In this document: piece after piece, positions 35,006 to 47,198 of the stretch | Layout: the number at the start of each line of letters is the position of its first letter | Numbering within the stretch: position 1 is the first letter of the stretch | Assembly (NCBI RefSeq): GCF_011745625.1 | Contig: NW_027191457.1 | Location: 62,001 to 126,000, forward strand | From: Cladosporium halotolerans | Lineage: Eukaryota | DNA length: 64,000 nt | Direction: 5' to 3' | Program-made: the position numbers and the translations under genes | Notes under the pieces: model-generated | What the model was told of the DNA's origin: nothing | The model's database searches: none | The model's input: the letters and a program-made list of their open reading frames with translations, nothing else

Positions 35006-36503
35006 ATGGCCGACATTGCTCCTTTGAACAGCGTATGTTATTAACAGTTGCCGGACTACTTGCTTAGATCTAACACTGCATCCATAGGCACATACGCATG
35101 CTCGGAAAGCAGCCAAGGAGACCGACAATATCCACTGGGACGAAGCTGCGGAGGCACACCGTAGTGCAGCCGCCGACTTCTCGCGCGCAGCCAAGACCGC
35201 CGGTGACAGCGAAGCCCTTCGAGTGCTGCACCTGCTCGAGGCTCAGCATGAGAAGCTAGCACGCATCATCAAGTCCCAGAACACCGCTCAGTTGAACGAA
35301 GCGATTGCTGAAACTCAGGATGCTTCCGAAATCCCGTCTAGCGAGCAGGTGGGGGAAGTCGATGCAGTAACCAGCGAGACGCCATCGCCAAAGAAGCCCG
35401 CGATCACTTCTGCAGTCGCTGCCTCCAGGCTCAACGCCCGAGCTCGGGAATCTTCACCTTCTCTCGCGCGTGACATAGCATCCAGGCGAGGCATACGCCC
35501 TCATGGACAAACCACGCCCTCCTCAGCCGCCTTGGCCAGATCCCGCCAACTCTCTCCTGAGTCCCAGCGTAGGGCCAAAAGCACAGTGGCACCGAGAATT
35601 CCACCCTCGATCATGGAGAGCTCAGGTAGTCTACCTACCCAGCAGCCTCGCCACAAGGCCGGCGATGAAGGCTTCAGCGCGTTCTACAGCAATTTGACCA
35701 CCGGCACCATGTCCAGACTCTCCTCCGTCCTCGCCTACGCAGGCTTGCCTCTCACGGCAGAGGAGCCTCAGCGCAGCGAAGCACCGGCAGAAAAGCCTCG
35801 CAAGGACCGCAAAAGCCGCACCGTCAGCGCCGCCACCGAACCCGACGTCAAAAAGTACTTCTCCAAGGCCGCCCTCAACGCCATCGAAGACGAGCACCGC
35901 CAACGCGGCGCCCACGGCCAAGTTTTCGGCCCGGCAGAGAGCTTCTACGTCGTGCAAAAGGGCGGCGGGACCTACTCGTACGCGGACATTGCACGGAACC
36001 AGCAGCTGCACAGCCCGCGCGAGGAGGAAGAAGAGGGCTTCGTGGACGCGCAAGAGGGCAGGGCTGCGCCACGGCACGGCCGCGCCGCGTTCGGCAAGTC
36101 GCGCACTGCTGAAGAGTTGGAGCTCGAGAATACCACTCTCAAGACCACGCTCGAGCAGCTCGCGTCTCGGCTATCGAACTTTGAGCTTCACGCGCAGGAC
36201 GCCTCCATGGCTGCTCTCGCGCAGTCTATGGCTAGCCTGCAGAGTGCACCTTATTCGCACAAGGGCCCGCCATCTACTGAGCCCACTTCGGATTTGCATG
36301 ATGCGCTTGAGAGAGTGCGAGCTTTAGAGACGCAGCTGTCTAGTCAGGCCGAGCAGCACGAGAAACTCGAAGCTCTGGCGCAGAAGCAGGAGAAGAAGAT
36401 CCGCATGTACCACAGCAAGTGGGAGGATGTGAAGAAGAGTGCGAGAGAGAAGGAAAAGGCGAAGCGAGAGAAGGCAGCAGAGGTTGAAGCCAGTGGCTCA
36501 TAA
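35006..36503 (+). CDS. MIT-domain + coiled-coil protein, NRBF2/Atg38-like. Exons 35006-35032, 35088-36503
   Basis: The intron GTATGT..CTAAC..TAG yields MADIAPLNS|AHTHARKAAKE...EAAEAHRSAAADF...SEALRVLHLLEAQHEKLA, in frame with the 35223 ORF. The C-terminus is a coiled coil. Confidence 0.85.
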
Positions 36504-37507
36504 GCTGCGGTCTGCTCAGCTTTACAATGGATGTTCCAACCTTTAACGTATCGCGATTAGGCCAGTGGAATTTGGCAAGCGGTTTTATTTATCCTTACTC
36601 TTTGGCAGCGATGGCGAGTGTTATTCTTTCGATTGTTTGTCAGGCGGCCTGTCTGTATGCCTAAATCATCAGGATCCGATGTTGCAGCACCTGGAATCTT
36701 ATTTGAAAGATGCAACTTGACCTAATTTCCACATCGATACGGCTGAGCGGCTGAGAAGAAGACGTAGTAGTATCAGTGTTGCATACGGCGCCAACGTATT
36801 AGATACGCGAGGAAGGATGTACGGCGATCCACCGTTACTGTACCATTTGCACGATTCACGAGCGTTGCTGTCAGCGCTTGCAGAATCAGGAAGGCAGTGC
36901 GCTGGGATGGTCGTGAATAATGCGGGCGCACGTGCGATATCACCGTGTTTCTGGTACATGCTCGAATCATGTCGTGGATTGTGTACCTTGACATCTACAA
37001 GTGTACGGCACTGCTTCGCCAAAGTCTGACCGAGCGTGTCGAGTACGTTGCAGACGCGCGCATCTCAATTTGCCGGGCATTCCCTTTCCAGGGTGAAACA
37101 GGGCTGCCGGCAAGGCGGAAGCTTGGCTGATCTGAGCTTGACCATCGCGCAACCGCGAGAGGCGCAGCAACTGTTTCATCTCTCACGCGCGGCTGGCCTC
37201 TATTCGTGGCGGGCATTATTCCATCACAGCGCTTGAGGTGATCCTGCAGAACCGTTTCTTCACTGATGTTCAGGGACGTCAAAGAACAAAGGTTGTAACG
37301 CTGGATAGTTGGTATTCTGACCTCATTGCACGACAAGCCTTGCCCAGACTCAGGAACGCTGAGCTTATATCCGCCTGCCCAAACCTAAGATTCAGGGCAT
37401 CGAGAATTATTCGCATATGGGATATTCTGCGGGCCGTCGCTAAGTCTTCGACACGCCTGACGACAATCTCAGCTTGATCAACGGCGCAGGCGCCGCCCCC
37501 AGCGATC

Positions 37508-39142
37508 ATGGTCATTCAGTGCAACTCCACCCTCGCGGAGCTCTACGTCGAGGAGGAACCACTCTGGCCGGAACACAGCCAACTTACATTCCATGGACTC
37601 GGACTCGGCCTCAGCATTATCTTCGGCTTCATATCTGTACTGATCGCCTTCTACCTCATCTTCCGACATGCGACCCACTACTTGGTTCCTAGCCAACAGA
37701 AACACATCATCCGAATTCTGCTTATGATACCGGTCTACTCGGCGGTGTCCTTTCTGAGCTTCTTGTACTACCGACATGCGGTCTACTACCAGGTGCTGCG
37801 CGATTGCTATGAAGCTTTCGCGATTTCGAGCTTCTTCGCTCTCATGTGCGAATACGTCGCCCCTGGCTTGCACGAGCAGAAGAAGTTCTTCCGGACATTG
37901 ACACCGGTGAACTGGTTCTGGGGCGTGTTCTTTATGCAGAAATGCACTGGTGGCGAGCATCGTGGACCCTTTCGCAAACCGCGCTCCGGCCTGACTTGGT
38001 TCAACGTGATTTGGGCTGGCATCTTCCAGTATTGCTTGATCCGCGTCCTTTTCACCATCGTCTCCGTGGTCTCGGAAGTCTTCGACCGTTACTGCGAGCA
38101 TTCTTTAAACCCGGCCTTCGCACACATCTGGGTCGTCTGCTTCGAGGGTGCTAGCGTCACCGTAGCCATGTTCTGCCTGGTGCAGTTCTACATCCAACTG
38201 AAGCAAGAACTGAGCGCGCACAGGCCAGCCATGAAGATCATCTGCATCAAACTGGTCATCTTTTTCTCCTTCTGGCAGACAATGGTCATCTCCTTCGCCG
38301 CATCCTCTAGCGGACCCCTCCAACCTACCGCAAAACTCAGCTACCCAGACATCTATGTCGGCATCCCCTCCGTCCTCCTCTGCATCGAAATGGCCTTCTT
38401 CGCCATATTGCACATCTTCGCCTTCGACTGGAAGCCCTACTCACTCAAGCACGGCGCGGCAGGCTACACTTCCAGCAGCAACGCCGTCGAAAGCGGTGCC
38501 GCAGCCACGATCCCGCTCTCCTCGCGCACTTACAAGGGCTTCTTCTACGCCATCTTCGACGCCTTCAACCCCTGGGACATCGTCAAGGCGTCCGCGCGCG
38601 GCCTGCGCTGGATGTTCGTCAGGTACAAGCACCGGCACACCGACTCCTCCTACCACCCGACGGCCGCCTACAAAGCCGCCGGCGAACAATCTTCCTCCAC
38701 CACCATCCCCGAAGCCACCGAACTCCGCCCTCCAGCCCGCCACCAAACCCCCAGCACCGGCGCCCCAGGCGGCCTGAAAGTCAACACCGCCCTCGAAGAC
38801 GACACCGCCGGCCTGCTCAGCAACTCCGCCCGGCCAGGCATGGCGCACTCGCCCACGACGCCGACGGCCCACCTCAGCAACAACGACTACGACGCCTTCC
38901 AGCCGGGCCAGGACCTGGGCTCCACGGGCAGATTCGCCGCCAGCCCGAAGTCGCCCGCCGAGCTGGACCCGTGGCAGGACACGTCGTACCACGGCAGCGC
39001 GCACCCGGCCGCTCTGCAGCCGGGGCAGCAGGGCTTTTCCTCCTCGCGCGGCCGCGCTGGATCGCTAGATGGCGCGGAGGGCACGGGGCCGCCGCCTAGC
39101 TACAGCACGCACGAGCAGGGGCAGCGGGGAGGCTGGATGTAG
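37508..39142 (+). CDS. OSTalpha/TMEM184 (DUF300) family membrane protein
   Basis: Motifs HATHYLVPSQQKHIIRILLMIPVYS, RDCYEAFAISSFF, IFQYC, KIICIKLVIFFSFWQ and LLCIEMAFFAILHIFAF; about 7 TM helices. Confidence 0.93.
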   Translation: MVIQCNSTLAELYVEEEPLWPEHSQLTFHGLGLGLSIIFGFISVLIAFYLIFRHATHYLVPSQQKHIIRILLMIPVYSAVSFLSFLYYRHAVYYQVLRDCYEAFAISSFFALMCEYVAPGLHEQKKFFRTLTPVNWFWGVFFMQKCTGGEHRGPFRKPRSGLTWFNVIWAGIFQYCLIRVLFTIVSVVSEVFDRYCEHSLNPAFAHIWVVCFEGASVTVAMFCLVQFYIQLKQELSAHRPAMKIICIKLVIFFSFWQTMVISFAASSSGPLQPTAKLSYPDIYVGIPSVLLCIEMAFFAILHIFAFDWKPYSLKHGAAGYTSSSNAVESGAAATIPLSSRTYKGFFYAIFDAFNPWDIVKASARGLRWMFVRYKHRHTDSSYHPTAAYKAAGEQSSSTTIPEATELRPPARHQTPSTGAPGGLKVNTALEDDTAGLLSNSARPGMAHSPTTPTAHLSNNDYDAFQPGQDLGSTGRFAASPKSPAELDPWQDTSYHGSAHPAALQPGQQGFSSSRGRAGSLDGAEGTGPPPSYSTHEQGQRGGWM

Positions 39143-42100
39143 GCGTCTGAAGCTGTCGCTTGTCAACGGAAGCCGTTTGCGGAGATTTCTGCACGAGCTG
39201 AGCGGCAGTCTCCCGTCGAAATGAAGATGCAGATGCCCATACGGAATACACGGAGTTACATCGGGATGAAGAGCCGCTCGCCAGACGAAACCCGCACGTA
39301 AGGGAGCGGAATAATCCCCTTGTCCTTGTCCCTGTCCCTGTTCTCGCTCAGCGGTAGCAAGTCAGACCACGTCGCGTGCTGTAACGCTACAAGGAAGAAG
39401 TCACTTCTTGATGACGCCAGAAGCAGGCAGGGAGGTGCTCGGCTTTGCTTGCTTCGGCTGTGGGAGACCGAAATGCACGCAGCGCAGCCGACCGGCTTTG
39501 CGAGCGTACATGCTGCGATGCGTGTAAGCGGCAGGGAACGGTGGGAAGTGGGAGGGCGAGATGGGCTTTGCCGTGGGTTGCTGCGAGCATGCGCATACGC
39601 GCATCAACGACAATGCGATGGGCGGCGACCAGAGCTGACGGGGCTAGCTTGTCTTTCGGCGTAGGGGAGCGAGCAACGGCACAGCCGCGCAATCGTTGCT
39701 AGAAAGTTGCTTGGAATTACGAAAGGCGCAAGTGCTCCGCTGGGCAGACAGGTCAGGTCAGGCCATGGCATAGGGCAGGGTAGTCCACCAGAAGTTGGGT
39801 GTATGGATGTAGATGCGTGTGGCGCGAGGATTTCCCGACGAGCCCTCGAAACACGGCCAAGCGGCGACTGGCACAAAACAACAATGATGGACGAGCGACA
39901 TGTGAATCAAGCTCCTTCACGGCAGCAGCAGGCATTGGAAACGTGCAGCTTTCAGGCCGCCCGGTACGCCTCGGAAGCTACATGTGTGCAAACCTACGTG
40001 GTGTGAGCAAGGCAGGGCACGTTGGAGATCTCACGCCACGCAACGCCAGCGAGCTTCTCCCAGCGGTCGAGAACAGCCCGCAGGATGAAGAACGTTTGCC
40101 GACGACCGTGGTTTGGGTCGATTAGGGTGTTTGGGGCCGTGGTTCGATGGATGGGTGGGATGGAGATGTCGTGCATGAGCGGCGGAGGGGACTGCGAGGG
40201 TAGCTCGGAGAGCTCCTATACTGCTGTATGGAGCCACTGCGCCGGAGGTCGCACGGGGTGCTGGAGGTAGCTAGCTGTAGCTGTTGGCTGCATGAGAAGA
40301 TTATTATCAGATGGTGCGCGTGCAGGTATCACCTTCAGACAATGTAGTGTTCTCATGAGCTTTTGCACGTCCGCTGCAAGTGCTTGCATCAGCAGTGATG
40401 TGCGTGTGCTAGCGACAATGCGCGAAAAACTACACGGCGCGTACGAAAGGCCTCTTAATTCAAGCAGAGCCCTACATGTAAGGCGAGCAGGAGGCGGTCA
40501 GCCACACCAGCAAAGCTACAGCTACAAGCAGCTACAGGAGGTACATCTATCAGGATCAGGTACAACGAGGGCTCGAACTGAGACGGCGGTTTCGTCTTCG
40601 CGAGCTCTCCTGCGCAGCGCGCCTCAGGCATGCGCTCCCATTCGCCGCCACGATCTCGTGGCGCTGTTACAGCAGCACGCCGCAGGGAGAGATCGAGTGG
40701 GCGATCGCGGTGCGCCCGCCTGTGCCCGCTGCTTCTGCGCGAGACGGTCTCGCGCGAGATGCAAGACTGACTTTTTGGTGCTTGTCAGGCCTCCTCCCTG
40801 GCGCTCTGCTGCAATTCGGCGCGCCCGTGTCTGAGAAGGTCAGCGGCCCCTCGCGTTCACACCTCGAAGCTGGTTGCGGTGGGTAGCTCGTAAGCCTTGC
40901 GCGTGAAGAAGCGGAGAAGGCAGACGGCTGGTCGGGGATTATTGTTACGCGCGACGTGTTCGCGACGGGCGTGCGATGATGGCATGTCACCGGGATGCTG
41001 AATCGTGCCGGCACAGCAGTTCCCTGTGTTCCTGCTACGGCAGAGTGGTGTTTGCCCAGCGACGTGCCGTGCGGCGGCACAGACACGCCCTCTGCGCCTC
41101 TCTCGCACGCGTGCACGACCTTGCGCGGAGGTCGCTGACGAAAGTGGCGGCGGCTAAACGGGGATGACGGGCGGCTTGGGTTCTCGCGTTTGCTGAGTGA
41201 TGCCGGCGCCAAGGGGGTTGAGGTTGTCGCCGGCGAAGTCTATCCGTCATGGACGGGAGCGGAGTGCAGGCCAATGCAAATCAAGGGCCGGGCAGAGGCG
41301 CTGAGCGATGCGGGAGCGCCTGCGAGGCTGCGCGAGGTGGTGTGCGAGCCGGGCAGCTCGGGCGGGCAGTGGTCGAGGCCTTCCAGGCGTGCCAGTGAGA
41401 TGGGCGGACTAAGGCTGATGATTGCGAGCGTTGGAGGTGAAACGGGCTCGACGGGCTCGATGGTTTGTCGCGCGGGTGCGGCGGCGGCAGATCTTGGGTG
41501 GGCGGGCGGCGCTACTGCAGCGCGGTGGCCGCTCCCAGTCGATCACCATCTCTCTGCCCGGCCCCAACGATGGGCGCGGGTGGAGACGCTGTCGAGCAAG
41601 GCGTGCAGGCATGGCATGGCAGGGCCTGCGAGGCCGCGAGGGCCACCGCGAGCGCCTTTCTTCTGCCCTCGCCCGTCCGTCCACTTGCATCACGCAAGAG
41701 CTGCTGCTATACCGCTGCTACATACACCACCTCGACCCCGTCGCGCCCGTCGCACCTCACGCAACCGAACACCCTCACGCTCGCTCTCGTGTTGCGCCTG
41801 CTGCGTGCCTCCGCCCCCGGCAATCCGTACACAAATTTGCGGCGAGATCACCACGACCCCTCCCGCAAGCCCTTGCCCGCTACCCGACAACGCTCGCCCG
41901 TTCTGCCATCTCCGGACGCCAACTCGTACCCGGATCTCTCGGCGCCTGGGCCTACTCTATCGCGCCCGGCCCTCGCTCCTCTCGCTCGTGGAAGACTTCA
42001 CCTCTACCACACCTCTGCTGCCGTGAAGCCTGCGCCGACCACCACTCCTTCGCCGACGCCCGCCGCAAGTCACTGAACGTCACCTGCGCGCATGAGCTCA

Positions 42101-42190
42101 TTCTAGGAGCCGCACTTTGGCGCCGGCCGCACACCGCAGACTCCTCTCCCGCTTCTTCGCTTTCGCTTCCACTATTCATATTTCAATATC

Positions 42191-43936
42191 ATGAAACACC
42201 GCGACATGCTCCCCTTCCGACGGACTGCGCTCGCTGTCGCGGCGGCCCTCATCGCTCCGGCTGCCGCGCAGAACGTCTGGGGCGGACAGAGCCAGCAGTA
42301 CTGCTCCAACCAGAACACCGGATCGGACTACAGCCCTGGTATGTCGCGCGACCGACCAATGCAGGCAATGAAAATAGATCGCTAACGTGTCGCAGTGAGC
42401 GATACCGCAAACTCCTACAAAGCCTGTTCGGATCAATGCAGCAGCAACTACGCCTTTGCCATCGTGCAATGGCAGAACTGCTGGTGCTCCGACTACATCC
42501 CCGCTGATCAGGGAAGCACATCGGACTGCAACCAGTCATGTCCGGGCTACCCAGCGGATCAGTGCGGTAATCAGGATCAGGGCTTGTTCGGATACATCGC
42601 ACTTTCGAAGGAGCCGTCTGGCACCGCGGGCGGCGGGTCCAGCAGCCAGGCGAGCAGCACGTCTGCTCCCACCTCTTCGAGCGAAAGGGTTAGTACTTCC
42701 ACAGTGTCGACTTCTTCGCGCGATGAGACGACTTCGTCTTCATTCGTCGCTCCTTCTTCTACTTCTTCTTCCTTCTTCTCTTCTCCGGCTACAACTTCTA
42801 CATCCTCGGATCCCAGTTCCGAGGCTTTTTCATCGACAACCTCGTCGGCGGCCGCTCTAACATCCTCGTCGCAGACGTCTTCGCAAGAGACGACTTCTTT
42901 TTCTTCTACCCCGGAGCCGTCCTCCACATCTAGCTCGGAGCCTCCAACCACTTCCGTGAGTCTAGCAGCCACCTTGACGATACGGAATACTGGTGGCCGA
43001 TTTGTGACATGTGTGCGAGAGTGCTCTGAGTGCAACTTCTGGTCTCTTCATTCATACTTCGTGCCACCATTTTCTATTGGAGGACGTGTTCAAGGGCATC
43101 CCGCTGACAAAGACAACATCTAGTCCTCCACGCCCCCACCGAGCACCACGAGCACCAGCTCAACTCCTCCTCCATCCACATCAACCTCGTCTTCGTCAAC
43201 GTATGTGGCAGCGGTAACTAGCGACACCAGCTCCAGCTCTCCTATTCCCACCTCCGCCACTCCTTCCCCTGTGACTAGCACTCGTGTTGTCACAATTTCC
43301 GGCGAAGCAGTCACCGAGACTGTGACTTCCACTCCAATGGTGGTTCCTGATCTGCAGTCTTCGTCCAACGCCACGTCATCGTCAGATGGTCTCTCTGGCG
43401 GCGCGATTGCAGGAATTGTCATCGGTGTGCTTGCCTTCCTTGCTCTTCTTGCCCTCGTCATCTTTCTCCTCTGGCGCCGCCGCCAACAAAAGGACCCCAA
43501 CAACCCCCACGGATACCCCGAGATGGCCTCTAAATCGAACCCTCGCCCGCGCCGCAACGTCAGCGTCCTTAGTAAAGTCGGCCTGCTCGCCCGCCACCAA
43601 GATCCCGTCGACGATGACACTGCGCCGTCCTCTGCCGTCGGTGGGCACAGCGCGCGTCATTCTGCCTACTTTGGCAGCGCGGAACCGTCTAGCCCGCTCG
43701 GCCCTGGAAGCGAGAATAGCAACAGCCTGTACCAGATGCAATCACGCCGCCACAGCAAACCGCTCGTGTACGACCAGCGCCTCAACCCGAGCGCGCTCTT
43801 CGCCAATGCCGACGCCAACGGCAGCCGCATCTCCATGGCCGACAACACCGACTACAGCCGGCCGCTCGACACCCTGGGCGGCAAGCTGCAAGTTCGCAAC
43901 CCGGATCCCAGGTCGAGCTTCGAGAGCAGGATGTAA
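42191..43936 (+). CDS. WSC-domain cell-wall stress sensor (Wsc1-like). Exons 42191 (or 42206)-42338, 42396-42955 (alternative end 42688), 43124-43936
   Basis: Signal peptide, Cys-rich WSC domain (YCSNQNTG..CSDQC..CWCS..CNQSCPGYPADQCG), Ser/Thr stalk, TM helix GLSGGAIAGIVIG..LWRRR, and cytoplasmic tail with DQRL and DYSR..LQVRNPD. Confidence 0.93.
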
Positions 43937-45084
43937 TACGGAACTTGCCTCGGAACTCAGCCTCGGCAAACTCTCTCGTCTAGAGAGGGAGAACAAAGAA
44001 CACAATTTTCTTGTTGATACCCCCCCTTGTTTTCCGGCGGCGATCACGGGACGGACGGATTGGGACAAGAAGCGGTCCGCAAGGATCCTTCGGATTTGGC
44101 TTTTTTGACTTTGACACGCGCATCAGCGACGGCGTTCCCTGACTTTTTTCTTTTCTGTCGGTGAGCGCGCGAGAGATGGGTCGAAAGGCTTTACGATGTG
44201 CATACTCCGCCTGGCCCTCCCTCTCGCTCGTCTCGAACATCACGAATCCCGTTTTTCTTATTCTTTTTTACTCCTTCCTTACCGCGAATGCGAAGGATGC
44301 CTGTATATTTCCCTACTTCTTTCTTCTTGTTTCATTTTCTTATTCAATTCAACGGAGGAGACGGAGACGAAGACGACGAAGGCGGAAAACGCGGCACGAC
44401 CGCCTCGCAAGCGATCGTTCCGCGCCGAGAAAAAAAGACGATTTTCACTGCTTATTCTTATTTGCACAAATGTCTACGTCTCTTCTCTCGACGGCTTCGT
44501 CGGAAAATGACGATGGAACGCAGCGACGGACGGACAATGGCACGGACAAGCCCCTCAGGGGGCTTTAAATAGAGACAGGGCATGACGGTCAGGGTTCACA
44601 CACTACTACGTACAGTTACTGGACAGACAGGCACGCAGACAGACAGCGGAATCGATTACTTGACGAACTCAACAGGAAGAGGCAGCACTCTGCTCGTAAC
44701 TCCGTTGTTTCCGTGCCTTAGCTTGCGTGAAGAATTACAGTTTCAGTGCTCTCAGACCACCCCACGCGACTTCACAGCTGAGGGGGCCTGGATGCCGAGG
44801 TTACCGACCCTTCTGAGCTTTGGGTAGCTGGATTGCCGGACGGGTGATGAGGCGATGAAACGAGGGGACTTCTCTGCTATTACATGTAGTTATCGAATCG
44901 TTGCCCGTCATTGATCCTACGTGCGGCTGCGAAGGTGATCAGGGCTGATATAAGCTGAGATCAGCCGGCGTGCTCGGAAGAGGAAGATCGATCGTCGCTT
45001 TTTGGAATACGCTTCTGTTATAAGCGATTGATCTGCTGCTGTTGCTCGATAGCAGACAGGACCGCAAGGGAATACAGGATAGCC

Positions 45085-46817
45085 ATGCCGTTCCTCGCTA
45101 AAGAGCACCATCCGGTGCCGACGAAAGACCTCTTGAGTTGGACGTTCGACGACTTGGCTTACGATTGGGATGATCCCGTACGTTCCCAAAAACCAATCAT
45201 CGCCACAATGGCACGCAGATAACTGATACGACCAGATCTACATCGATGCCCTCAAGCCGGAGAACAACATCTCCGCGCGCGCCGCTCACACTGCCATCCG
45301 CCGACTCGCCGCGGGCTTCCGAGCCCTCGGCCTTCAATCAGGCGACTGCGTCTGCATCCATTCGTTCAACGACATCTGGTACCCGATCTTCTTCCTCGGC
45401 GTCATCGCCGCTGGCGGCGTCTACGCCGGCACCAACCCGGCCTACACGGCGCACGAGCTGGCGCACACAATGCGCGTCGCGAAAGTCAAGTTCGTCCTCG
45501 CGCAGCCCGACCTCCTACCCCCCGTTCTCAAAGCCGCCGCGCAGGCCGGCGTGCCAGACGAGCGAGTGATGCTCTTCAATCCCCACGGCCCCGAAGACGC
45601 AAGCAGAACGCAATGGCGCGACCTCCTCTCGCACGGCGAGCGCGACTGGCCCCGTTTCGACGACCTTGCCACAGCAAGCACCACAACCGCCGCCCTCCTC
45701 TTCTCCTCCGGCACAACCGGCCTGCCCAAAGCCGCCATGCTCAGCCACCACAACTTCATAGCCCAACACACGCTCCTCTACGAAGCGCCGCCGCGCCCCT
45801 ACAAAGCCGTCCGCCTCTGCGCGCTCCCCATGTTCCACGCCGCCAGCGCGCCCGTCACGCACACGACGCCGCTGCGCGCCGGCGAAAAAATGTACGTCCT
45901 GCCCCGCTTCGACCTCGAGCGCTGGTTCCGGGCGCACGAGGCCTACGCCGTCACGGACGTCGCCATGGTGCCGCCCGTCATCATCCAAGCGATCAACTCC
46001 CCCCTGCGCCACAAGTACGACCTGCGCGCGGCGCGCGTGGGCCAGGTCGGCGCCGCGCCGCTGGACAAGGGCCCGCAGGCGCGCATGCAGGCGCTGCTGG
46101 GCGGCAAGCCGCTCAACCAGGTCTGGGGCATGACGGAGACGAGCTGCGTCGCGACGCGGTTTCGGTACCCCGAGTACGATGCTACGGGGAGCGTGGGGCT
46201 GCCGTTGCCGGGGCTGGATTTGAAGCTTGTTGATGGGGAGGGGAGGGATGTTAGTGGGTTTGGAGTGAGAGGGGAGTTGTGTGTGCGGGGCCCGACGGTC
46301 ATCAGGGGGTATTTTGAGAATGAGGAGGCGAATGGGAGGGATTTTGATGAGGAGGGGTTCTTTCATACGGGGGACATTGCGTTTGTTGATCGGAAGAGTG
46401 GGTTGTGGTATATTGTTGATAGGAAAAAGGTGAGTGGCTACTGATTTTTGATTGGGGCAATGCTGACGGTGAGGATAGGAGTTGATTAAAGTCCGCGGCT
46501 TTCAGGTGGCGCCTCCTGAGCTCGAGGGCGTGCTGCTCTCGCATCCGGATATTGTTGACGCGGCCGTCATTGGAGTGCCGGATCCGAACAGAGAAGGAGA
46601 TGAGGTGCCTAGAGGTTATGTTGTGAGGAGGCCGGGCGCCAGCGGGCCTAGTACCGAGGAGCTACATGCATATATGAGAGAACGACTCGCGTCGTACAAG
46701 ATGCTAGAAGGCGGCGTTAGATGGGTGGAGACGATTCCGAAGAACGCCTCGGGCAAGATCTTGAAGCGGATATTGAGGGAGGAGGCGAAGAGTGAAGGAG
46801 TCGCTGCAAAGCTTTAG
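45085..46817 (+). CDS. 4-coumarate-CoA-ligase-like AMP-dependent acyl-CoA synthetase, peroxisomal (PTS1 AKL). Exons 45085-45177, 45236-46429, 46479-46817
   Basis: Motifs LLFSSGTTGLPKA, QVWGMTE, GELCVRGP, FHTGD, VDRKK|ELIKVRGFQVAPPELE and IPKNASGKILKR; the protein ends AKL*. Confidence 0.95.
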
Positions 46818-47198
46818 AAGTCTACCTCTGTATGAATCTGTGTTTCAAATATCGCGGTGTCGCTGCTGGTGAATGGAAAGATCTACAGGTGTGTAGGATT
46901 GCGGAGATGCAAGTGAAGACGCCGCCGCGGATCTGTTTCCGCGCTTCTGACGACTTTCTCGTCGCTTTGCGCTTTGCGACAGGCACACGACCTCAAGCTC
47001 AGGCACACGCGACGCTCACATCCGCGCTGCATACACATTTCTCTCTCCCTCCCTCACTCTATCGCACTCCTCATACCTCATCCATACCTCAATCACCATC
47101 ACCAATGACCCCATCTACGACTTGAGTCGGGCACCTTTGTGCAACAACCGCGCTACCCTTCTCCACTCCGAACCCTCACATCCTCACTTTGCGCCGCC

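Noticed and set aside
41190..42507. Overlapping ORFs upstream of the WSC gene
   Set aside because: Low-complexity GC-rich promoter and leader sequence; the real CDS starts with the signal peptide at 42191/42206.
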